From the IMG/VR virus record IMGVR_UViG_3300024987_000055: a stretch of 64,000 nucleotides of DNA; one strand, written 5' to 3'. The first letter of the stretch is position 1, and the number at the start of each line of letters is the position of its first letter. The position numbers and the translations under genes are program-made. The notes under the pieces are model-generated. The model ran no database searches. It was not told the DNA's origin and saw only the letters and a program-made list of their open reading frames with translations. The stretch comes from a virus. Positions 47,245 to 55,155 of this stretch are shown one piece after another.

Positions 47245-48756
47245 TTAGATATTACCAAAATTGAATCCGGCAGTTGCTGTAGTAGCCGACTGACGTAAGA
47301 ACCCGGAACGCTTATACCTGAATTGGGTTTCAAACCTATCCGGATTTGTAGAAGAAATATTTACCTGTAAGCTTGACTGCATAAAAGAAGCATCGGCCAA
47401 TAATCCACGAGTAACCAGGTCATCAGCGTAAGTATTCAGTATTTGCTTCCATTGCTTTGGCTTAAGGACCTTAGTTGCGTTAACTCGATCACCGTCATTT
47501 GCCAATGCATGCCCAACAACATTGATCTGCTCAAGCAAGTAGTAACCATATTTTACATTGAAGTCGATCATCAGCGTGCGGCAGTATCGGAATTGAGGCA
47601 CTGCCTCACCATCAGGGTGATAGGTAGTTACAAAGTCTTTCACCTGATATCTTCCATTAATCAGGTCTACAGTTGAGGAGCCTTTCTTAACGATTGCATC
47701 TCGGCCATCATAAGCACTCATCATCCCAATGCTTGCTGGTGCAGGCATATCCGGGTAGGATTTCTCCAGCACATCAAGGTGCGGAGTATCCTGACTCACA
47801 CGGGCATAAAGTAAGGCCATATTTGCAGCGGCTTCCATCGGCAACCCCTTGCTTAAAGGTGCTGGGGCAATAGCAATAGTTACATTATCTTTTCTTGAAT
47901 CAGTAACTGAACTAGGATCCTCTAATGTGCTCCCCGTAATTGCTATAAACGGCTTCATGATAATTCCGCTATAACGACCAGTTGGCTGTTCATTGTCAGG
48001 GATACCGTTAAAGGTTTCCAATGCGTTCAGGACTGATGAAACGGCACCGTATGAGTTAATTACAATTGTATTCCAGGATGAACCAAAAAGAGCTAAAGAT
48101 GCAGCAATATTCGGAGTGCCACTACCAGCAGTGGTCTGAGCAACAGCATATGTTATCCCGGCACCATTACCATCATTAATTACTTCAATTGAAACATCCT
48201 GAGCAGTTAACCCGGTCCATTTTGTAGTTGCTGTGACCACACCTAGTGCTGATGTTGCAGATACAGGAGCGCCTAAGGCTGCATTTATTGTATCAGAGAT
48301 TTTTCCTGCTATGATTGTTGGAGTGTCACCTGATACGATGTTGAATTCATAGCTGTAAGCATCGACTGCTGACCTTCCGGCAATCAACAACTTATGTGTG
48401 CGGTTCTCTGTTGCAGAACCGGTAATGGTAATCGTTTGAACCCGAGCGGCAGAACCAACGGCTGCTACTTGTGGGTAGACTACAATAGGAATACCACCAA
48501 CGCCATCACCGCTCACGGGCTTAAGAATGCGCATGATCTGGTGAATAGGCGAACCGAATCCGTATAAATTACCGGCTTGCTGTGCCGAAATCAAATCCTG
48601 TGGAGCTGTATTAAGGGTAGCCTGGTTTGCTGTATTCGCTTCTGCCAGGATTGCGATCCGTTGCGGTAAATTGGGGCTTGTTTCAGAAAAGTTTGCTGTT
48701 CCGATATTATAGCCTACAATTGCAGAAACCCTTTCTTGACCTATTGCATTGTTCAT
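47245..48756 (-). CDS. Tail sheath protein (Mu gpL-like)
   Basis: LPQRIAIL, A..YGFGSPIH, VTTYH. Confidence 0.9.
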   Translation of the reverse strand: MNNAIGQERVSAIVGYNIGTANFSETSPNLPQRIAILAEANTANQATLNTAPQDLISAQQAGNLYGFGSPIHQIMRILKPVSGDGVGGIPIVVYPQVAAVGSAARVQTITITGSATENRTHKLLIAGRSAVDAYSYEFNIVSGDTPTIIAGKISDTINAALGAPVSATSALGVVTATTKWTGLTAQDVSIEVINDGNGAGITYAVAQTTAGSGTPNIAASLALFGSSWNTIVINSYGAVSSVLNALETFNGIPDNEQPTGRYSGIIMKPFIAITGSTLEDPSSVTDSRKDNVTIAIAPAPLSKGLPMEAAANMALLYARVSQDTPHLDVLEKSYPDMPAPASIGMMSAYDGRDAIVKKGSSTVDLINGRYQVKDFVTTYHPDGEAVPQFRYCRTLMIDFNVKYGYYLLEQINVVGHALANDGDRVNATKVLKPKQWKQILNTYADDLVTRGLLADASFMQSSLQVNISSTNPDRFETQFRYKRSGFLRQSATTATAGFNFGNI

Positions 48757-48767
48757 TTTTGATTGGT

Positions 48768-48862
48768 ATTTCTACTAAAATAGAAGCGGCGCAAAGGGTA
48801 AAAAAAAATAGTCCCGTTTTTGGGACTATTATGGGACTATTTTGGGATTTTTTATTTTACAA
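48768..48862. repeat. 95-bp perfect direct repeat, copy 2
   Basis: Identical to 35485-35579; upstream of the sheath gene, overlaps the terL stop. Confidence 0.95.
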
Positions 48863-50851
48863 GTAAGGGGCGACCAAAGCGGCATAATCGGCAAAGGTTA
48901 ATTTTTGCTTGTATGCTTTTGTAAGTTTATCAATAAAGACATCCCGGATCGCCATGTTATAAATTCGGCAATCCCATAAGTGGTTTTGCTTACCGTTCTT
49001 TTTCTTCCAGACGATAGCATTTTTTTCAAATGCCCGTTCCTCTGATTCAAAATGCTCAAAATAATTTCTGAACCCATACAGCCCGTGACCCGGTTGGGGG
49101 AAATTAAGAAAGTTACCAGGTTGTGGTGTACCATCGCCGCCCCAATTTAGATTCATATACTCGGCTAGTCTATCTTTAATCAATCCTACACGTACGATAT
49201 ACAATTGTGGCCTTTCTGTTGATTCCCTGATAGTTTTTTTATCTTGCCCGATCTTTATTTTTTCTTCCCCTTCTCCTTTGAAGCCTATAATATTGCAATT
49301 GGTTCTATCAATAAAAGCATAAGCATCCGTTGTACAGTGGCCAGTATCCAACCCTGTAATTGCAATTGGAATTTCGCGGCCCGTGTCTGTTTTATATATA
49401 GGTTCCAGGATCTTTTCAAATTCGGGCCATACAGAATTTGGCATGTTTTCCTGGTAGGTCCACTTAACCCGGTCATCATCTTTTTTGCTTTCTCCTTTTA
49501 CAAATGTTCCAATAGAACCATGAGTAATTGAATAAATGGTGCCGTTTTCAGCATGTGCAACAATCTCATAATCAAGACGGGCATCATCCCGGTTACCGTT
49601 CATATCCGCACCACATGTAAGCAAAACAATTTTCCCATTCTCATCATCTATAGATATTGATTCCGGAACCATTCCTATTTCATAATCGCGGATGTTTCCC
49701 ATGATGGCATTAGCCTCCGGAGCTTCTGCAGTTTCTTCATAGGTTAATCCGAGCACCACATTTACAAACGTCTTGTATTTTGCTTCATCTCTAGGCTGAC
49801 CTGGAGGGTGAATATCAATCCATCTCCTTACATAACGTTCCCAATTGTAGATACCAGGCGGAGCATATAGGCTTGAAAGATGGTAACTGTAATAGCCAGG
49901 CTGTGACGGTTTAGCGGTCGGTTGCCAATATCCCTGATTTAATAGTTGATGTTTCTTTTCATCCGTAAAGAATCCTCCACATTTTTGACAGGTATATCCA
50001 ACGGATTCTGCAATAAGTTCCCCATTTTCGTCAACTTGCCAAGTTATTCCGCCAGTAATGCCGTTTTCTTCTATCGTCCAAACCCATTCTATAAATTCAC
50101 CACAACAGGGACAAGGAGTTAGATATTTTCGTTGATCCCCTTTTAAATATACCGGCTCAATATTTGATGTTGATTTAAGTTCAGGAGTTGAAATATAGTA
50201 AATTTTATGCCTATTAGCATAAGCGGCAAAACGTTGTTCAATCAAATCGATTGTATTACCTGATTCCTTAGAAGAAGACTTTACAGCCTCTAAGTCATCA
50301 AACCATCCATACATTAAATCCACTTGCCTCCACGCCTTATGATTTCCTGCGTAAGCAACTGTTAAATATCCTTTTGAAAACTCCTTTTTTGTATTAGTAT
50401 CGCCAGATTTTTGTGCCCTATTTCTGTTAACACTCGGTTTAATCAAATGACGGATACCGCTACCATCTATCATTAAATCTACTTTTTCCATTGCCGGATC
50501 TATCAGGTCCGGTGATCCAACTGTCAAGTAAGAGTTCCCTGGTTGATTTGCAATCATCCAGCCAATTCCGGGGATCAAAATAGTTGACGAAAACCCTAGC
50601 TGACCTCCTTTCATTACTGCAACCCATCTTGCCGGATGATCCGGAGCCATACAATCAATTATTTCACGCGTGTAAGGGGTTAAAGAATATTTTAGCCTGC
50701 CAGGGAATGCGCCTGAATTAATTACAATATTTTCCTCTGCCCATTGGCTAGGTTTGATATTTGAAATTGAAACCTTGCTATTTCTTACAAGATTTTCAAA
50801 AGCAGATACATATTCTTTTACCCCTCTTATTTCATCAAGTCCTTTCACCAA
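48857..50851 (-). CDS. terL: Terminase large subunit (lambda gpA family)
   Basis: TPYTREI, KGGQLGFS, FDDLE, ISTP, GDQRKY..PCPCCG. Confidence 0.95.
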   Translation of the reverse strand: MVKGLDEIRGVKEYVSAFENLVRNSKVSISNIKPSQWAEENIVINSGAFPGRLKYSLTPYTREIIDCMAPDHPARWVAVMKGGQLGFSSTILIPGIGWMIANQPGNSYLTVGSPDLIDPAMEKVDLMIDGSGIRHLIKPSVNRNRAQKSGDTNTKKEFSKGYLTVAYAGNHKAWRQVDLMYGWFDDLEAVKSSSKESGNTIDLIEQRFAAYANRHKIYYISTPELKSTSNIEPVYLKGDQRKYLTPCPCCGEFIEWVWTIEENGITGGITWQVDENGELIAESVGYTCQKCGGFFTDEKKHQLLNQGYWQPTAKPSQPGYYSYHLSSLYAPPGIYNWERYVRRWIDIHPPGQPRDEAKYKTFVNVVLGLTYEETAEAPEANAIMGNIRDYEIGMVPESISIDDENGKIVLLTCGADMNGNRDDARLDYEIVAHAENGTIYSITHGSIGTFVKGESKKDDDRVKWTYQENMPNSVWPEFEKILEPIYKTDTGREIPIAITGLDTGHCTTDAYAFIDRTNCNIIGFKGEGEEKIKIGQDKKTIRESTERPQLYIVRVGLIKDRLAEYMNLNWGGDGTPQPGNFLNFPQPGHGLYGFRNYFEHFESEERAFEKNAIVWKKKNGKQNHLWDCRIYNMAIRDVFIDKLTKAYKQKLTFADYAALVAPYL

Positions 50852-51551
50852 CCGCTAATATTGAAGTGTAATCATTAATAATTTGTTCAACAGATTTTGC
50901 AGTGTTTTCTATTGCCTGATCTATTGCCCGATTTAAAATATCAACCAATTGGCCCCTGATTTTTGCAATTTCATCTACACTAAAACGCTTCTCTGCACTT
51001 ATAATCCGTATAATATCATCAGCCCCATTTTTAAACTCAATAAGAATAGATTGATTATGAGCTGTAAAGACATTTTGAATTAAATCCGCAGGAACGACTT
51101 CCCCCCTTTGCTTTTGGATTTTAATCGTGAGCTGTTCAATTTCCTTTTCCCTTTTTAGTGTATCCAGGTATTTAAGCAGTTGTACAGAATCCTCATATTT
51201 AGGGGTAGGTTTCCCGTTCCTTGATTTACCAACCGCCTTTTCTGCTTCATCAACCTCCGCCAAAATCTTATTAAAGGCATCGGTATGAGTAGTGTCTGGC
51301 TTTGCTTCCACTTTTTCAGGTGCAGCAGGGTACTTCTTTATCCTGTTTATAATCTCAGCTTCTTCCAGCTCTGAGGTTTTCTTTGCCTGTTTATCCCGAA
51401 TGAATAATGCGTTTGTTGGATTTTCTGTATCAAACTTTTTATTCTTACCTGATCCTGTAGCAACGATTTTACCCCGGTTCTCATAGGAAGCCAGGGAGGT
51501 TCTCTTAATTATACAAGCGTCTGCGAATTCGGATGCGGTTAAAAGTGCCAT
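50835..51551 (-). CDS. terS: Terminase small subunit (Nu1-like)
   Basis: N-terminal HTH-like segment; RGEVVPAD; directly upstream of terL. Confidence 0.75.
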   Translation of the reverse strand: MALLTASEFADACIIKRTSLASYENRGKIVATGSGKNKKFDTENPTNALFIRDKQAKKTSELEEAEIINRIKKYPAAPEKVEAKPDTTHTDAFNKILAEVDEAEKAVGKSRNGKPTPKYEDSVQLLKYLDTLKREKEIEQLTIKIQKQRGEVVPADLIQNVFTAHNQSILIEFKNGADDIIRIISAEKRFSVDEIAKIRGQLVDILNRAIDQAIENTAKSVEQIINDYTSILAVGERT

Positions 51552-51582
51552 TTTAGACAGGGAAAATCACGTTAAAGTCAAT

Positions 51583-51609
51583 GTGGTTCCTACTAAGATA
51601 GCATTTGTA
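51583..51609 (-). repeat. 27-bp element upstream of terS
   Basis: Exact reverse complement of 35575-35601. Confidence 0.9.
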
Positions 51610-51738
51610 TAGCAATTGTATAATGGGATTTTATACAACTTATACATTTTTTATACAAAATTTGAAATAGGGTGATACATGTTTTTTGATGCGGTGTCCC
51701 ATACTTTGCGTGACAAATGGGATTGTGAGGGAGTACCT
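51605..51738 (-). other. Putative cos packaging site (cosQ/cosN/cosB-like)
   Basis: AGGTACT, 23 nt ending GTCACG, then five TTGTATA/TATACAA repeats before terS. Confidence 0.5.
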
Positions 51739-51791
51739 TTTGATTATCAATGTATTACGAATCGACATAACAACGCATAGGCTCTGACCGT

Positions 51792-51977
51792 TTATTTATG
51801 ATCACTAATCTTATTGCTGATTATCGCCAATCGATTAAGTATCTCAAGGAGAAGTGATGCAATGATGCTAAGTAGACAAGCATATGGATGCTTGACAAGC
51901 ATAACCCCTAGTCCGCTTATGAGTAATGCTAATGTTATGTGCAACCAAAAAGGTATGCCTTTTCCTTCGTGTTTCAT
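51792..51977 (-). CDS. Small two-TM protein
   Basis: 61 aa with two hydrophobic segments. Confidence 0.55.
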   Translation of the reverse strand: MKHEGKGIPFWLHITLALLISGLGVMLVKHPYACLLSIIASLLLEILNRLAIISNKISDHK

Positions 51978-51979
51978 AT

Positions 51980-52249
51980 TTACTTTACTTTTCTTATTGC
52001 GAATGATCTATTGTATTTGTGTGATGTGTGTGTGCGGTAATAAAGGATGATCTGCCCGTTCTGTCGCTTCTTCTTTAGTTCGGTGTAGTTGCGCAGTTGT
52101 TGGTGTGTGGTGATACCAAGATATTCCATCACATCTCTTCCAGTATTGAATAGTTGCCTGGATGCTCTGCGTTGCTCGATATCCTGTATTGACAGATCGT
52201 ATAGGTAGTAAGCTTGACCCTTAGTTCTGATATCGGTTATCTCGTTCAT
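51980..52249 (-). CDS. Small DNA-binding-like protein (NUMOD1/HTH-like)
   Basis: Likely start MNEITD; LFNTGRDVMEYLGIT. Confidence 0.5.
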   Translation of the reverse strand: MNEITDIRTKGQAYYLYDLSIQDIEQRRASRQLFNTGRDVMEYLGITTHQQLRNYTELKKKRQNGQIILYYRTHTSHKYNRSFAIRKVK

Positions 52250-52584
52250 GACGATATTATTTGTGTGAATAAAGATTTGAACGTCTCCACATCTCTCACG
52301 ATGTGTATTTCTTGGCCCTGGGAGGCCCATACGGGGTGTAATTCCTTCTGGTCCTTAGATAGTACGCCTGTATCGTCTTTAAACTCAAAAGCGTGCCATT
52401 TCCCGGCATATAGGAAAAGCATATCGGGCACGCCGGCTATTACTCCGGATGATTTGAGTTGCATTGCTTCAATTGGATTGCGTTTTCCACCGTTTGGGAC
52501 GTGGAAGAGTAGTCGTCGCGTTTGTGGGTATGTGTTCCATGCCCATTGGAAACATTCGGATTGTATTTGGATTTCGCTAGGCAT
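52246..52584 (-). CDS. VRR-NUC domain nuclease
   Basis: SEIQIQ, FHVPNGG, GVIAGVPD, EFK....S.DQK. Confidence 0.92.
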   Translation of the reverse strand: MPSEIQIQSECFQWAWNTYPQTRRLLFHVPNGGKRNPIEAMQLKSSGVIAGVPDMLFLYAGKWHAFEFKDDTGVLSKDQKELHPVWASQGQEIHIVRDVETFKSLFTQIISS

Positions 52585-52714
52585 TTTTATAAGATTGAGT
52601 GAATAAAAGAATAACCAGGCTCCATAATGAGCCGGTTTTGTAAAATAAAAAAGCCGCTATTGATACGATAGCGACATTGCAAATAGCGACGATTGCTTCT
52701 GTGAGTTTGTTCAT
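52577..52714 (-). CDS. 45-aa two-TM peptide (not in ORF track)
   Basis: MNKLTEAIVAICNVAIVSIAAFLFYKTGSLWSLVILLFTQSYKNA*; overlaps the VRR-NUC start by 8 nt. Confidence 0.5.
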   Translation of the reverse strand: MNKLTEAIVAICNVAIVSIAAFLFYKTGSLWSLVILLFTQSYKNA

Positions 52715-52772
52715 TGGAGGATTATTATTGTAATATTTATTTAATGTAAATGGCAGGGGGCTAAGGTATCCG

Positions 52773-53029
52773 GGTAGCCACGGTAGCCACTTTTCCTATA
52801 GATTCTTTTGTGCTATAATATCTTTTTGCTCCACTGTGTTTTTATTTATTAAAATATACTCTATAATAAAAAGTAGTTACACTAGTTACCTATATCGGCT
52901 GTAATTATTATCTGTATTGCGTTTAGGGTTAGGTAACTACTATTTGTTTTCAGTTATACCCTTATTACTATAAATCTATTCAAATGCAACGCCAGCAAGG
53001 GTTTAATAGGTGTAACCAGGGTGTAACTA
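52773..53029. repeat. Iteron cluster, putative phage replication origin
   Basis: Seven (G/T)GTA(A/G)C(C/T)A copies in both orientations around an AT-rich core, directly downstream of the primase-helicase. Confidence 0.55.
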
Positions 53030-53031
53030 TT

Positions 53032-55155
53032 TTACTGAATTGCGCGCCTTTTTACGTAATAACCATACCTTCTGGCAGCTCTTTTCCCTTTTGAGACCCT
53101 CTCGAACCCACATTTTTTCAATTCTTGCCCTAGTTTGTTAATGTTCAAACGCTGCCCGGATTGCATTTCGATGCGTGCTTTTATCTCTGAAGTGGTCAAA
53201 AATTCCCGATGTAGATCATCAGGAGGCAATTCATAGTATGCCATGAGCAATTCTCTTTCGACAGATGGTGCCTGAAAGTCTTCCGTCTGGCTTGCCAGGT
53301 ATTCGATCTCTTCTTTAGACAAAACCGAAGTGAATCCACTTTTGTGCAGGTGATACACCTCCATTAAAAGATCAGTCTTGTCAATAGAATTGTAGAGCTC
53401 CTTGTCAATATAGTCGATCACCTCAATGGGGATAATACGTCGGTTGCCGGTAGGGTCATTGAGCAGATCACTATCATTTGATGTCCCACCCAATACAGCC
53501 AGCCTACGAAGATCAACATTATGACGACCGTAGGGTTCACGGAGAGAAAACCATTTCTTTGAGGTCAATTCTTTCAGCCTGGCGGTCTCCTTTTTGGACT
53601 TACCACCCATTTCGTCATCAACAATAAGCAGCTTAGAGGTCATTAGGATCTCATCATCCTTGCCAGCATCAAGTTTGGATTCTGCGTAGTAGGAGCGTAT
53701 ATCCCGGGGTAGTAGCCGCCTAAACCACTCAGTTTTTCCCGTTCCCTGCCTGGAACCAGATAACACCAGCATAAGAGGGGAAAAATCTCCTTCTATAGAT
53801 TCGACAATACCAACCAGCCATTTGGTGATGAATAGCTCCTTGTATTCTTTTGGCTGTGAGCTGCGAATACTATTGCATAGCTGCACAATTAGACCGGATG
53901 GTTGCCGGTGTCGGTTCGCCTGGATAAACTCAGTCAACGGATTATAATCCTGAGTGAAATCGGAATTAATTACTCTTTCCATAAGTTCAAATGATGTTTT
54001 GTCTATTGCTTTTTTGGTATTAATGAATACGGTGTTCAGGTCTTTTGTTTCCATGGGTACACCACTGTTTTCAATTTTTCGGGTAAGCTCGTTACGCCTG
54101 AAGGTGTAGTTTTGGCGTAGGTATATCATCAAATCTTCAAGGATGGATTCATTGTCCTCAAATTCTATATTGCTATTGAACACTTGATCCACAACATCCC
54201 TGGATATATCAGCCGGAATCCTTTCAAGGTCTTGCAGGAGTTGCACGGCAGATTCAGCCGAGCGGCCGGTCTTTTTTGCCTGGAAGGCTGTTGTCCCAAT
54301 AAGCTTTGTTTTTGCTGATACCGTCACTATCCCGGCCTGCTTGGCCATATAGTAGAAACTGGCAATGGTAATCCCGGTGCCTTTGTGGTTCAGGCAGGCA
54401 GAATACTGCTTATCACATTTGTCCGGGGAGTACTTATGGCTGATTCCGCTTAGGGTATGGAAATACCCACGCCCGGCTTCCCCGAACTTATCACTAAGTG
54501 CAAAAGCCACCGTTACCCAATCAAAATAGGAATCCACCAGGTCAACACCCCTATCCGCTACCTGAGCAACGATCTCATCAAAGTCAGATTGAACGAATAC
54601 TTGTTGCGGCAGCTTGGTTAACGCTTTTTTTTTCGGCGGCGGGTATATAGCGAATTTGGCCGATCCTTCGTTTATAAAAAGTTCATGATCCGTAGAAACA
54701 AACCTTGCTCGGCTGACATCCTTGCCGGATGGGTCAACGACAATACCGTAAGTTGAGAATAGATACTCAGACAGCCCAAGAAAACTTTCAGCATGTTTTT
54801 TGGGATTAATCTTGAAAACTGCGGCTACACCTTTTCCTCCTACTGATTTCCAGGCTGCAAAGGTATATTTATCGGCTGCCAGCTGCTGTTTCACAACTAC
54901 AGGATCAATATCGTCAATATCTATACATATAAACCCACTCGGTTCGACTAAACCTGCGATACTTCTATATGAAAAGACTCCACAGATTGTCGCAAGAGGT
55001 AATGCGATCTTTTCAATTTTATTATTACGGTAATCGATAATCTCGTTGTTCCATCTGCCATTCTTTATTGCATACAGATATGATAAAATATCCATTGTGC
55101 CACCATTGGATAAATGCTTCACGTTATTGAATACCGAAATATTACCTGCTGTCAT
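53032..55155 (-). CDS. Primase-helicase (BT4734-like N-terminus, PriCT-2, VapE ATPase)
   Basis: SGFICIDID, KSVGGKG, DPSGKDVSRARF; YFDWVTVAFAL; GSRQGTGKT, DDE, DPTGNRR. Confidence 0.9.
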   Translation of the reverse strand: MTAGNISVFNNVKHLSNGGTMDILSYLYAIKNGRWNNEIIDYRNNKIEKIALPLATICGVFSYRSIAGLVEPSGFICIDIDDIDPVVVKQQLAADKYTFAAWKSVGGKGVAAVFKINPKKHAESFLGLSEYLFSTYGIVVDPSGKDVSRARFVSTDHELFINEGSAKFAIYPPPKKKALTKLPQQVFVQSDFDEIVAQVADRGVDLVDSYFDWVTVAFALSDKFGEAGRGYFHTLSGISHKYSPDKCDKQYSACLNHKGTGITIASFYYMAKQAGIVTVSAKTKLIGTTAFQAKKTGRSAESAVQLLQDLERIPADISRDVVDQVFNSNIEFEDNESILEDLMIYLRQNYTFRRNELTRKIENSGVPMETKDLNTVFINTKKAIDKTSFELMERVINSDFTQDYNPLTEFIQANRHRQPSGLIVQLCNSIRSSQPKEYKELFITKWLVGIVESIEGDFSPLMLVLSGSRQGTGKTEWFRRLLPRDIRSYYAESKLDAGKDDEILMTSKLLIVDDEMGGKSKKETARLKELTSKKWFSLREPYGRHNVDLRRLAVLGGTSNDSDLLNDPTGNRRIIPIEVIDYIDKELYNSIDKTDLLMEVYHLHKSGFTSVLSKEEIEYLASQTEDFQAPSVERELLMAYYELPPDDLHREFLTTSEIKARIEMQSGQRLNINKLGQELKKCGFERVSKGKRAARRYGYYVKRRAIQ

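Noticed and set aside
37693-48756. Tailocin / eCIS / T6SS interpretation of the contractile tail block
   Set aside because: Portal, capsid, protease, terminase, integrase and replication genes are all present and intact, so it is a phage tail.
35485-51660. CRISPR array from the short repeats (GGGACTATT, TATACAA)
   Set aside because: Units are 7-9 bp at 10-11-bp spacing with no unique spacers, and there are no cas genes.
52638-52652. Third partial copy of the 95-bp repeat end (TTGTAAAATAAAAAA)
   Set aside because: 15 bp, very AT-rich, inside a small ORF and without the GGGACTATT iterons; plausibly chance.
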